Shown here piece by piece: positions 11,186 through 23,161 of a stretch of 64,000 nt of DNA. The notes beneath the pieces are model-generated. The model had not been told where the DNA came from. It was given only the letters and a program-made list of their open reading frames with translations, and made no database searches. The first letter of the stretch is position 1, and each line of letters opens with the position of its first letter. The stretch is taken from positions 1,488,001 through 1,552,000 of the forward strand of contig OX337235.1 of assembly GCA_946965045.2 (NCBI GenBank), written 5' to 3'. Source of the DNA: Epithemia pelagica (lineage: Eukaryota; Protista; Bacillariophyta). A program made the translations under genes and the position numbers.

Positions 11186-13558
11186 TTATGGTGGTGAAGA
11201 AAGGAGATTGGAAGTCAGGAAGAGTTCATGAGGTTGTCGTTCGGATCGCCACGACCGCAACGACTCGTGCTGGATGTGGTTGTGGTTGGTATTCCGCGGC
11301 CGTCGTCCACTGTGTCCAAAGGCGAGATTGGACAGGGCAATCAAGAGGAGGCCACCCCCGACGACGGCAACCCAAAAGGCGTCTTGCAAATCAAAATTCA
11401 CTTGCAAACAGGTTCCATCCTCGGACACGGACGAACACAATTCGGGTTTTATCACGACCGTTCCCGTAATGGCCGGCATGAGCATGTCGACCATGCCGAC
11501 TGCCACGCAAAAGACTTCCCAGGCACAAAAGGCGCCGACCAATTCAATCGACGCCAAGACTTGGCGGCGTTGCCGTCCCTGCAACCAGGGTCGAGTCCAC
11601 CAGGCCACGACACAGAGGAGGGCTCGCGTCGTTGGACCGACAATGACAAACAAGCCAAAAGTTCCCAGCAACAACCAATCCATACCGCCCGCGGCACCAG
11701 TCGTTTGTACCAAGGTCCATAGGGAATAGTTCCGATTCCAAACCACGCCCAAGACATCTCGCAACAAGTCGGGAATGGCTCCATGGACATTGCGTTGAAT
11801 GGTGGGAATCAAAATGCCGGTACCCACCATGGCACATGTTCCGAGACAAAGCAACAAGAGGGCATAGCGTTGTACGACGGTGCACACGATTTCCCGGACC
11901 GTGGTGGGAGACGTGGTGGTGGATTGAATCAAATCATGATAGGCTTGGTCCTCGTCGGTTCCAGATGGATATGCCGTGCCATGTTCCAGTTCGTCGTCGT
12001 CGTCGTCATCATCATCTCCCACCAAGGATGGATCCTGGACACCATACAAATCTCCGACATTGGAATCGTCGTCGTCGTCATGGTCCTCCTCGTTGTCGTT
12101 GGTAGTTCCCGGCAACAAATAGAGTCTGCCATGTCGTCCTTGTCGTCCTTGTTGGTGTTGTCGTGCGGCATGAGCCCGATGAGCCTTGCCATCCAAGACA
12201 TCGACCAGGAGGGAAATGAAAATGGACATAATGACGGCCGCTCCAAAGGCATAAATGCCCTTGAGGCCCAAGACGCGCAAGGTCACGTGACCACCACCGG
12301 ACACGGCAATGCCATGAAGGGCCGTGTGAAAGGTGGCCCGGGCCTGTTCGGGATGATCCAAGGCCGTCTTGACGAGACCGACACAGGCTTTGCATTCAGA
12401 CCATCGTTTCCAACTGTGGTGATGTTCATGACAATCGACATGTTTCAGGAGCATGGTGCAAATATCCGAGGCCGAATACAAGGATTTCACGACTCGCAAC
12501 AAAAAGGGCAAATGATCCAAGACTCCGGCGCGAATGGCATCCGGATCGACCATCCAATCCAAGTGCAAGACACCGACCATGACACAAACGACCAAGACAT
12601 CGGCCAAACTCCACTTGCCCAAGGTCGATAACCAAGTGAGCATGCGCGTTCGTCGACGTTGATGAATGGCAAACAACCACGTGGTATTGAGCAAGAGCAA
12701 TTTCAAATGGGGCCAAATGCCCGAAAAGATGACGAGCAGAACGGCTGCCGATCGGGGCAAGACCTTGCCGGGCATGTGTTTGGCTTTCCACAATTCTTGA
12801 ATGGCATACCAATAGGAAAAGGTCTTGACTTGTCGTTCATCATGACTGGACACTTCATTGTGCGGGGGCAAGCCCAAGGTATGCAAGACGCCGCGCGATT
12901 CCATGGTGGTGGCATTGGCCCACAAATCGACTTGTTGACTCAAATGCAAATGCCACATTGGACGGGTTTGACCATAATAAAAAATCCAATGCGTCAACAG
13001 AGACAAGAGAGGGACCAACCACGTCATCCAACAGGGTGTCGTGCCAGCCCGCGACAAGGATAAGGCATGACGTTTCCACAAGCGCCACACCGGAACTCGT
13101 TCGGCGGCGTCATGGTCATTGTCGTCGTGATCGTCTGCTCGTCGTCGTTGGGATGTTCCCAGTGACACTGTGACGGCAGCATTTGCATTGTGAGAAGTGG
13201 GTAATGATTGTGCAAGGAGATTGTCTTGTCGTCGTTCGGTGGATTGTGCTTCTTGTTGTTGTTGTTGTTGTTGTTGTTGTGGATGGGAATGTCCATTGGT
13301 CAACGGTGGCGGTTGTTCTGGTTCGTTCCGGTCCCGAAGGACAAACGTGTTGGTGGTCGTCGTCGTCAAAGGAGGATTGCTCTCAACGCTGGATTCGGTG
13401 GCGGTACTATCCGTGGCGGAACGATCCAAGGCGTGTTGTTGTGGAGTCGCCTTGTTTGGGTGGTGGGACCGAATGGTCCGTCGTGTCGGTGTCGTGGCGG
13501 CGGCCGCCAAGAGAGATTCGTAGGCGGTAGTGGTAGTGGTGGTTGCTTGGTCGTCCAT
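11186..13558 (-). CDS. Paraquat-inducible protein A (PqiA/LetA)-like multi-pass membrane protein, probably two PqiA domains
   Basis: FSGIWPHLKLLLL...LSTLGKWSLADVLVV resembles the PqiA signature. A second similar block reads FVIVGPTTRALL...ELVGAFCAWEVFCVAV. Likely ATG at 13558. Confidence 0.7.
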   Translation of the reverse strand: MDDQATTTTTTAYESLLAAAATTPTRRTIRSHHPNKATPQQHALDRSATDSTATESSVESNPPLTTTTTNTFVLRDRNEPEQPPPLTNGHSHPQQQQQQQQQEAQSTERRQDNLLAQSLPTSHNANAAVTVSLGTSQRRRADDHDDNDHDAAERVPVWRLWKRHALSLSRAGTTPCWMTWLVPLLSLLTHWIFYYGQTRPMWHLHLSQQVDLWANATTMESRGVLHTLGLPPHNEVSSHDERQVKTFSYWYAIQELWKAKHMPGKVLPRSAAVLLVIFSGIWPHLKLLLLNTTWLFAIHQRRRTRMLTWLSTLGKWSLADVLVVCVMVGVLHLDWMVDPDAIRAGVLDHLPFLLRVVKSLYSASDICTMLLKHVDCHEHHHSWKRWSECKACVGLVKTALDHPEQARATFHTALHGIAVSGGGHVTLRVLGLKGIYAFGAAVIMSIFISLLVDVLDGKAHRAHAARQHQQGRQGRHGRLYLLPGTTNDNEEDHDDDDDSNVGDLYGVQDPSLVGDDDDDDDDELEHGTAYPSGTDEDQAYHDLIQSTTTSPTTVREIVCTVVQRYALLLLCLGTCAMVGTGILIPTIQRNVHGAIPDLLRDVLGVVWNRNYSLWTLVQTTGAAGGMDWLLLGTFGLFVIVGPTTRALLCVVAWWTRPWLQGRQRRQVLASIELVGAFCAWEVFCVAVGMVDMLMPAITGTVVIKPELCSSVSEDGTCLQVNFDLQDAFWVAVVGGGLLLIALSNLAFGHSGRRPRNTNHNHIQHESLRSWRSERQPHELFLTSNLLSSPP

Positions 13559-14382
13559 GATGAGGCTTTCTTGCTGTGGTAGTGATTGTGTTGCGCTTTT
13601 AGGTTCGTCGAACGAATACGAAGTGTATAGTCTGTTGTTCTTTATTATAGTGTGTTCCACAACCACAAAAGGTTGGATTTCTCTCCAGTTCCAGTTGCTT
13701 TGTCTTCCAATTCCCGGGCCGGTCAAATCTTGCTTCGTCGGCCAAACCAAAAGACGCTGTGACAAGCACACAAGGCTGCTTCTCCTCTCGTGGATGTCTG
13801 TTTCAAAGAAAGAGTCGTCTCGATTGGGCGCACTAATACACCACACACGAACCAAAGACCACTCTTCTCTTTGAGAAAAAGAGAGAGTTGGCACACAAAG
13901 TGGCAACGTCGTGGGTGTCGTGTCGCGTTGTGGTTTGTGGTTGTTCCGCGATTTTGTCTCGGCTTCTTTGGAAGCACACGGGGCAATCCTGGAATGTGCA
14001 ATGGAAAGACTGAAATTTTGAATTTGAACGTCTGCGCGATGGAAACTGGTCGCTCTTCAATCGCTTCTATCCATGGATTTCCTTCACTATAAGCCTAAAG
14101 TGTAGAAGACTTATTCAATCTGTACACCCGCCAAAGGATCCATCCGCTGGGTAGTGTGGAGCCGACGACCATGGCGGGAACCGCAACAAGAAAAAAGTGG
14201 CACTCCTCTCGTCCTCTTGGATCGGAACATACAGAAGAAACGATACTATCTTCTGTCGACAGCCCGTGCTGTGTCAGAACCAAACGAGAAGCAGAAGAAG
14301 CTCCCTGCTGGAACGTCGTCATCCTCTCCTTTTTTGGGCGGGTCGTGTCTTGCCAATCTCTCGTTTGTGTTCGCTGGCCACC

Positions 14383-17300
14383 ATGACAAATGATCCACGA
14401 CAAGAACAACAAGATCCATCCATGTCCGATGATCCATCAACCACCGTAACCGACGAATCCAGGACTACAAACCATGAGACTGTCGTCGTCGAACCAGAAG
14501 AGCCAGGAGGGGTGCAGACTTTGCCACCAACCACCCACGAAATCATCGAAACGAACGACAACGATGAAGAAGACCAAGCCTTGATTCAGATTGATACAAC
14601 GACCGATGACAACAGTGTACCGCCACCGTCACCACCGAGTTTGCCTCATTCGTCTTCCACCCACCAAAATGACGCTACAACCACAACCACAATGGACCCA
14701 AAAGATCCAACTCCACCACCATCACAACCACAACCAGATGCAAAGGAGGAGGACGAGGACGACAAACTCCGACCCACCCACAACCAGCAGCAGGACGAGT
14801 CGTTTGGCTTGGAAGAAGAACAAGAAGAAGAACCGCAGCACCAGGAGGACGACGACGACCAGGACGAATTGCCATCGCTGCTGTTTTATACGCGCTTGCA
14901 AGGCACCTCCTTGCGACCCCCTCCGCGACAAGCTCCTCCTCCTCCTTCGGCTGCTGCTTTGGCGGCCACCAACCACCACCACGACACGAGTGCGGCGGCG
15001 GCCGCCGCCGTGTCATCCCTTCCCTTTACCGTGGATTGTACCTGTAGTACCATGGGACAAATTCGATGGTCACCCGACATGTTGCACATTCCTCCGGGAT
15101 CCACGTCGTCCCCCGAAGACTTTTTTCGAACCGGACGACTCTTTGCCTCCCATACGAGTACGAGTAGTAGTAGTGGTGCGGCCGCCGATCCCAATTCCAA
15201 TTACCACAGCACGGCAGGGGCTGCCACTCAACTGTTACTGGGAGGCACCTTGTCTCCAGCGACGACCAATGGATCATTGGCAAGTGGTGGTGGGGATGGA
15301 ACCACATCCAATACTACTGTGGTAGAAGACGAACACGATATATGGGCGGCCGCCGCCAAATTGGCCATGGAACAACCCTTGCCGATTGTCGCCTTGGGCA
15401 TGGCCAATGGAACCGTCCAAGTGGTGAATGGTCGTGCCTTGCCGCAGCAAACAAACAGCACGGTGGTGGGCCTGACGGCGGCTCCCTTGACGCTGCGCGA
15501 CGAACCACCGTCGTCTCGACGGAGTCATGCTCGTGCCAGTGCGGTACCAGCGGTTGTGGATGTGGCGGTGGATGCCACGGGAACCTGTTTGGCCGCCATC
15601 GATCAAGGCGGCCTGTGTTGTATTTGGGAGTACAAGTTGGAATATCAGGCACCCACCACTCGACGACGAACAACCAGAGGAGGAGGTACCGACGGACCTC
15701 CCACAACAAACACCAATGCGACACCATCCTCCAACCCCAATCCTCCGTCGGCCAGTGTCTTTACCTCCTTCATGTCCGCCTTGACGGGATCGTCCACCAA
15801 CACGACGACGACGACGTCCACAACTACTCTGGCGGGATCCGATTCCACCAACTCGACCACGGTGGGAGTGTGGCGGTTGGCCGCCCTCCAAGTTCATCGC
15901 ATTAGTTATCCCCAAACCTTTGTGGGTGGACCCACCGTGTTGGTCATGGATCCCGCCTACAAGCGCAAACGAGAAAAAACCGTCTTGGTGGGCTTTGCCG
16001 ATGGACGCTTGCTCATGACCAAACGAGGATTGCTCTTTCAACGACGAGTCGACAATGTCCTTTATCAACAAGCGGCCACCAGCAGTACCACCAGCACGGC
16101 CGTACCCAACTCCACTTCTGCATTGTCATCATCGTCCGTGGGCATTCAAGCCGTGGCATGGCGTGGATCCTTGGTGGCCTGGGCCGATGCCACGGGCATT
16201 CGGTTGTTGGATGCCGATGCCGTGGTACGGATTGCCCATATTGATCCACCCGTCGGTGCCCGACCGTCCTTGTATCGGCATCAATTGACGGGCATGAAAC
16301 CGCACCTGTGTTGGGAAACGAGTCATGAATTACTCGTGGCCTGGGGCGATTGTCTCTTGCAATTGCACTTGAGCGAAAGCAAGGGTACGACGACCAGCCA
16401 CACTCCATTGAATACTACTACTACTACTTCTACGAGCAGCTCCGCTACGACGCAACCACCACCACAACAACCAGCATCGTCATCCTCCGTATCGGAATCC
16501 CACCAGAATGGAGGAGCATCGTCCCCCGATACCACCACGACGACTGCAGCCGCAGGTGCATCATCCTCCTCACAACCTGTAGTACGACGGCGGACCGTGG
16601 AATGTACCATGGCCTGGCAATTGGATTGTGTCGCCTGTGGTGTCGTACCATTGGATGCTCATCATGTCATGGTCTTGGGGGCGGCCGTGGTGGCACCACC
16701 CACCGATGACGACGACGATTGGAGAATACCACCCCACAATGACATGGAACTCCAAATCCTGTCCCGTGTCAATGGACAAGTCACCTATGCCGACGTCTTG
16801 CCCTTGATTCGCAAACCACAACCATTGCCGTCCAAACGAGGAGGAGTACGGGGTGGCCACAACCAGCACACGGGCACTACCACGAGTCCCAGAATGCCAA
16901 AAAACAACAACAACAAGTCAGGCTCGACGACTGTGCCCGAATCGATTGCCTCCTTTTCTCTCTTGTCCACCTTTTGTATGCCGCGCATGGACAATGCTGT
17001 GGAACTCCAACAAGAACAACAGCAACAACAACAAGGTGCCATGGTGCCAGGAACCTCGTTTGATTTCTTGTACGGTGCCGTCGATTCCGCCAGTGTCATG
17101 CCGGGAGCCTCCTTGGTGGGAGCGGCAGCGGGCGTTCCACCCTCACTGCTCTTGACGGGTATTGGCAACGGCAATACGAATACTAGCAGTGGAGGAGGGG
17201 GAGGAACGACGGGTGCCTATGCCGATCCTCATGTCCGGTGGAATTTGAACATGGTGGCCTTTGATGTCGATTCACAACAAGAACAAGAAACCAAGTCATT

Positions 17301-19974
17301 GGATGCCATGGATCGTGATGCACGAAATGGCCTTGACGGCGAGGCCCCCGACGGCTTGGAGGAGGACGATGATGATCAAAACAGTGTCGACAGCGATCAT
17401 TATGATTTTGTCTGTCATCCGGTCACATTGCGACGGTCCATTCCGTCAAGCCACCCACCACACCTGCGCGGTGGAGAGGCCAACAACGATACCGTCGCCA
17501 CCGTCCCAGTTCCACCTCAAGCGCCATCGCTGCTGGTGGTTTCCTCTTCGGATGCGGTGGCGGTTCGACTCCGAACAGTAGACGATGCCATTGACCATGC
17601 ATTGGAGAAGGGAAAACCGGCATTGGCCCTCCAACGAGCCATTGCTTATTCGTCCGGTCTCCGTGATTTTACCATGGGCGATGTGGTCAATGAATATTAT
17701 AGAGCCCTTCTTCGATTGCCGTCTGTCGATGACAATGACGACAACGAACCAACAGAGCAGGGGGATGGGACCGAAGACCAGAGTTTGTCACAACAACAGC
17801 AACACCATGGTCACGAACATAGGGGATTGTCGCTCCGAAGAATGAAATTAGCAGCCTTTTCCATGCCTGTCTTGTTGGGTGGAGATGTGGGCCTCTGGTC
17901 CAAATGGATTGGAGCACTGGGTGAAATACCCGGATCACTCTTTGTTGTTTGGAATTGGATTCCAGTACGAGGTAAGTAAACACGAAGCCAATACTCTTTC
18001 TCAGCCAGAAAGACACTCGTCCACGGTGAATACGCTTTCCTCTCACACTTCCCCCGTTTCATGCAAACAGACCCTATTCTTCCGAAACATGTCTACACCA
18101 ATGCTCTCTGCCGAATGATTCAGCATGTGGATCATTTACGACGTCGTGATAACCACAACAGTGGCGTTGATTTGGAAAAACTCGTCGTGGAAGCGGAAAA
18201 TCATTTCCTGCAAGCCTTGTTGGCGTGGGGAAGCACATTGGTATTAAAAGAGTTTTTGAAACTCTATCGATACCAGACAACTCTTTCGTCGCGATACACG
18301 AACCTTTTGGCGGCCACAGAGAAAAATCTGCGACATCGATATGATCAAACCTCGGCTGTGTACTTGTCCTTTCCAGTGCGAATGGAAATTGAAGCTTATG
18401 AAGATCGACCAAGCACTGAAATATCAACTGGGAATGAATTCCCCGATGACTTGGGGTCGTTGTTCCAGATCGAAAGAATGATGGAATTCTTGAGCGATCA
18501 TTTGAAACAATCACCGGAGTCTAGCAAAGTCGTGTTAGAGGCAAAGGCCAGACTCAGCATGATGAAAGGAAGTTTCGAAGACGCGCTACAATCATTTCTA
18601 CTTCTCGGTGCTCGCCATGGCCCAATCACGCTCGAAGAAGTGGAAGCGACGGCACTTCGTACGGTTGAGGATCCCACGGACAAAAATGACCGAAAACCCG
18701 ACGATGTTCCGCACTCCTTCTTGATTCCTCTCATTGAGAACCGCAACTTGCACCAATGTCTGCTCGATAGCAATTTCATGACAAAACAAGCAGACATGCC
18801 ACCAATCTTTGCCTTGCTACAACTGGTAGGTCTCAATGCAGTGGAAAAGTTCCTGTTAGATCATTGCGTTGCTCCTCGTGAGGTATCCAAGTCGCCCAGA
18901 GGGAGAGGATTGACTGCTTCACCCCAACCTTCTGCGAAAGAGAGATCACACTCCATGCCTTTGGATGTTGTTGCTACGCAAATGGATGGAAGCCCAAAGA
19001 TATTGTTCTGGTACCTTCATGCACTCTTCATTCACAAGCCCGAACTGTATGTGAGCTTTCCCAAAACAGCCAATTTACCAGCTTCAATCACCCTGTTATA
19101 TCGAAAAGGATTGGATCTCTATATCAAATATGCTGGGGACAAGAGAGACTCGACAAAGGCTCTAGCTGGAATCGAATCGTATCGGGTGACCCAAGTGGAC
19201 ACACCTCTTTTGGCATTCCTACGGGTTGTGCTTGAGATTGGAGGTATGACACCAGCAGAAGTGGGCAAACGGTTGCAAATTGAGCGAAAAGGTGGTGCAG
19301 GAGTGTCCCGTATCTTTGCATTAGAATTGGCTTATCTCATGGAGAATTATGGAAATGATTCTGGTGAGGAGTTGCGATTGATTCTGGATCTTTATCTCAA
19401 GGGAGCAAAGTCGCTGGTACATGCAGTTTCATTTGCCCAGCGGAAGAAGCAATATTCGACGGAACTTTGGGAGGTCTTGATCGACTACTGCCTGGCAACC
19501 AGTAGTGCCATGGATAAGAAACAAGGACCGGAAGCGTCTGTCGGCGCTGATGGTTCACTCTTTGGTCAACTCCTGGAAGCAGCTGCTCTTTCCGGTGCAA
19601 ATCTGGCCCACTTGGTCTCTCAGATCCCACCGGGCATGTCCATTGAAGGTTTGCGACCGCGTCTTGTCGCAGCGGTTGCAGACTATCGATGGAAACTTCA
19701 AATGCATGAAGGATCGTCTCAAGTCGCCTCGTCTGAGAAAATTGATTTGTTGAGAGAAGTTACGCATCGAAGACGGCGCGGAGTCAGGTATCATCCTTCG
19801 GACGCCATGGAGCGACCATTGTGGGCCCAAAAGACGATATTACCCACATCATCTGCCTCAACACCAAGTGTGGACGGGACTCCTGACGAGCCAGTGTCGA
19901 TTCTACCTCCTAACCTACGACCAAAGATTCGCAAGGCTCACAACTGGCTTTCGTACTCCCAGCCGTACCGATAG
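14383..19974 (+). CDS. VPS41: Vacuolar protein sorting 41 (HOPS subunit), two exons with intron 17972-18070
   Basis: Motifs AWRGSLVAWADATGIRLLD, CWETSHELLVAWGD, ELWEVLIDYCL and IPPGMSIEGLRPRLVAAVADY. The gtaagt...acag intron joins PVR-DPILP in frame. Confidence 0.9.
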
Positions 19975-20057
19975 CTGCAATTTTGCGGTTACGCAAATTT
20001 TCCCATTGTTCTTTTCCTCGCAAAATGTACTCTTTCATAATCTCATAGGAAACACGG

Positions 20058-21080
20058 AACCAAAATCGAATGTATAATAGCACATCTATTATACTAAACG
20101 CTAGTTACTTTACACACACGTTTAGAAATCCAATGGTAGCAGAGACGGAGGGGTCGAAGGGATATTATGCTAAAACCCCTTGTCATGAAACGTGCACATG
20201 TTGCAACGACAAATTCTTGGCGGAGCTATGGTATAGAGCGAAAGTGGGGCGAGGTAGCAAAGAGAGATTCATGTTGAAAGGTTTCTACAAGTTATGGTCA
20301 TGTTTGTCAAACCAACATGGGGCGGAGGGTTTTTTAATGCTGATCCCCATTCAGTCATTTTGCTCGTCGTACGATGGTACTAGTCACATCCTCCACCACC
20401 TCCACCACCGCATCCTCCCCCTCCTCCTCCTCCCCCGCCGCCACCACCACCACCACCGCCACATCCTCCTCCACCGCCACCACCACCGCCGCCTCCCCCA
20501 CATCCACCTCCACCACCACTGCTGTATGTGTGACTACATCCTCCACTACCACCCGAAAAGAGCCCACCACCAAAGAATCCACCTCCTCCTGTACTTCGAG
20601 CTGTGGATGTTGATTTGGTGGTCTTCTTGACGGGATAATGAATCACTCGCGTTGTGGTGGATCGACTTGGCGTTGTACTGGTCGTTTTTCGAATATTTTT
20701 CGTCTTCTTGCCCGACTTGCTCGTTCCATCGTCGTTTTTTCGTAGCATGCGTTTCAATAGCTTCATTGTATTAGAGATCAAGTCTGGAAGGATGCTCTTT
20801 TCAATTTACTTTCGTTTGTGTTTGTTGGCTTTTTCGTTTTGTACAAGTGTGTGTTTTTGTGAGAGCACATTGGAGCAAAATTCGACCCTGTCCCTGATTC
20901 GGAAGCACACCAGGGGGAACTTCGATGTTGGGGGAACTGGGAACTTCATAGATGATGTCACCTGCTTCCGGATACAGAGTCTATAGGAAAAAGTGTACCA
21001 GTATTGGGGGAACCCCTTCATCACCTCTCCACTCCACCCCACAAACCAATGAATGTAGGTGTAGGAGTCACCGGAATACA
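20058..21080 (-). repeat. Inverted, circularly permuted copy of 9197-10332
   Basis: Direct reverse-complement comparison. An internal junction at about 20161-20164 joins the two ends of the first copy. Confidence 0.9.
20380..20766 (-). CDS. Small Lys/Ser/Thr-rich, Gly/Cys-tailed protein (copy 2)
   Basis: Near-identical translation to 9729-10106; ATG at 20766. Confidence 0.65.
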   Translation of the reverse strand: MKLLKRMLRKNDDGTSKSGKKTKNIRKTTSTTPSRSTTTRVIHYPVKKTTKSTSTARSTGGGGFFGGGLFSGGSGGCSHTYSSGGGGGCGGGGGGGGGGGGCGGGGGGGGGGGGGGGGCGGGGGGGCD

Positions 21081-21331
21081 CGAAAGAGAACAGAGGATGT
21101 ATGATACTCAATCCCAATGCCCAATTGATTTGTCAACAGGTCGCCTACCGGATCGTTTTTCTACATCCAACTCCATCACCGTTTTATTGGATGAAGCACT
21201 ACTTACCAGCATTCTGCACGTGCCTCTAGTCTGATATGCTCCGTTACAAAACATAGCTACTAGTGTTTCAAGTTCTTGCTATTCATCCTTTGCCAATTTA
21301 AGACTAATGACATTGTTGGCACTTGGTCTTC

Positions 21332-21448
21332 TCATGTAAGGGGTAAATCGAAGCGTGTTTTCCCTACCCACCTCGGTTGCCTCGATTTCTTCTTCTCCTT
21401 TTTCGTTCCCGTCTCGTCTTTCTGCAACATGCGTTTCAAGAGCTTCAT
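21332..21448 (-). CDS. 38-aa small ORF sharing the N-terminus of the Gly/Cys-rich proteins (MKLLKRMLQKDETGTKKEKKKSRQPRWVGKTRFDLPLT)
   Basis: Manual translation; below the ORF-track cutoff. The first eight residues are identical to the Gly-rich proteins, with synonymous codon differences. It could be a truncated pseudogene. Confidence 0.4.
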   Translation of the reverse strand: MKLLKRMLQKDETGTKKEKKKSRQPRWVGKTRFDLPLT

Positions 21449-21790
21449 GGTGCTGCAATCCTTTGTTTCGGTTGGTTTTTGCCTTGTGGTTTGGACCACT
21501 TCTGCTTTTTTGTGAGACGAGAGAGGGACTTTTTATCGAGCATTATGCAGTAGGAGTATGAACGACCACTCGCTCGTGGAGGTGGGGGAACTTTGACTCG
21601 GAGGAGTTCCTGGGGGCTTGGAGGGTCGCATCGTGTGTTTCAAGGTGGATGTTGCGACCGACGACGGTTGATCTCCGTAGCAGTCAGAGTGCGCAGGCGA
21701 GTGATAATGTTGAAGGGAGCCCATTCTAGTCTCTCTGCCAAGTCGAAATGGAAGTTGACTGGTTGATAAAGAACCAAGCAAGAGAAAAAG

Positions 21791-22765
21791 TTAGGCCATC
21801 TTGAGAAGATGGAGATAAACCATGACGGCAATGAGACTGCTGTCGAAACGATCCAAAACCCCTCCATGGCCCGGCAACAATTTCCCCGAATCTTTGACAC
21901 CAAACGCTCGTTTCATGGAAGATTCCCATAAATCCCCTAGAATGGCAGCCATTGATAAAATGACACCCGTAAGAATTCTCTCTGTAGCGTTGGCTTGAGC
22001 TGTGGTTTGGATCATTCCCTGAATGGAGTTGGTCGATATTGTGAAGGTTGTGGACCACCCCACAACTTGTGTGGACATGGGCAACGGTACGAGGTTATAG
22101 TGACCCACCAACGACCAAAAGAAGGGAAGCGACCAATATGTAAGAGTTCCACCCAGTAGGCCGCCACACAGGCCTTCGACCGATTTGGCCGGTGACACGG
22201 TCCTCAACCAGTTTGGTCGTGGCCAATGGGTACCGAGCCACGATCCCAATCGTCCAGCGACGAGAGCTCCCGTATCGGCGTTCCAGACCGTCAAGAGTAC
22301 ATTCACTGTGTCTTGAAAATTGTTGGAGACGGTCAACCATGCCCGATTGGATGTGGTAACGAGAAGAAAGCCTGCTGTGGATGCTAGCACGGTAGATTGC
22401 GAAATTGAACCCGACAACAGGGGGAAACAGGCTACCGATAGAATCAGAAACAAAAGGAAAACACTATCCTCAGGAATATTTGCCAGTGCCAATGACGTAA
22501 ACAGGAAAATGTACGTTATGAAGCCTGGTCGTTGATTTTGTTGCTCAATTTTGGAAAGTTGTGTCCACTCCCAACCCATGACGACATGAGCACCCTGGAA
22601 AAAGACATGACGAGTCATTGGAAATGACCATATCATCCACAGTATTGGAACACCAATGCATATAGTCATCAAGCGGCGGGGAACATCAGACAACAGGCGA
22701 CGAGTTGCAGGCGAAGCCGACACTCCCCCTCCTGTTCGAGGCCCTCTTGTTCGAGGCACTGCCAT
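21791..22765 (-). CDS. Phosphatidate cytidylyltransferase (CDP-diacylglycerol synthase, CTP_transf_1 family)
   Basis: SPAKSVEGLCGG and GDLWESSMKRAFGVKDSGKLLPGHGGVLDRFDS motifs; multiple TM helices. Confidence 0.9.
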   Translation of the reverse strand: MAVPRTRGPRTGGGVSASPATRRLLSDVPRRLMTICIGVPILWMIWSFPMTRHVFFQGAHVVMGWEWTQLSKIEQQNQRPGFITYIFLFTSLALANIPEDSVFLLFLILSVACFPLLSGSISQSTVLASTAGFLLVTTSNRAWLTVSNNFQDTVNVLLTVWNADTGALVAGRLGSWLGTHWPRPNWLRTVSPAKSVEGLCGGLLGGTLTYWSLPFFWSLVGHYNLVPLPMSTQVVGWSTTFTISTNSIQGMIQTTAQANATERILTGVILSMAAILGDLWESSMKRAFGVKDSGKLLPGHGGVLDRFDSSLIAVMVYLHLLKMA

Positions 22766-23161
22766 TGTTCTGTTTTTTAATGTCTAAAATATCTGGAATG
22801 GAAAATGGGGGAGCCAACAACACGAAAAACCAATGCCCCCCAAACGCCCGCCCGCTGCACCTCTAGTCGTATTCGCCAAAACTTGCAGCACCTCCTTGTC
22901 CGTTGTTATGAGCTGTTCCTGCAGTTGATAAAGCCATCTAACGCCTCCTATCGCTAATGGCACGTGCATTACGTATGTATAGTCGGCCCAAGACCCGGCT
23001 TGCGAATGTGCGCCTGGTGATGGGCAAAAGGTTTGTTGGCGACAAGCAAACCAGCGACACGGATCAGATCTAGAAGAGCGTGAGAGGAACATCATTCATA
23101 ACTTTAGGAATCCCAATCCGCACACTGATGCAAGTGAAGGAATTGACAACCAATAATCAAG

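Noticed and set aside
14591-17860. Extensive Thr/Gln/Asp/Ser runs inside VPS41 and other genes
   Set aside because: They are in-frame low-complexity insertions seen throughout this window and are not a separate feature.
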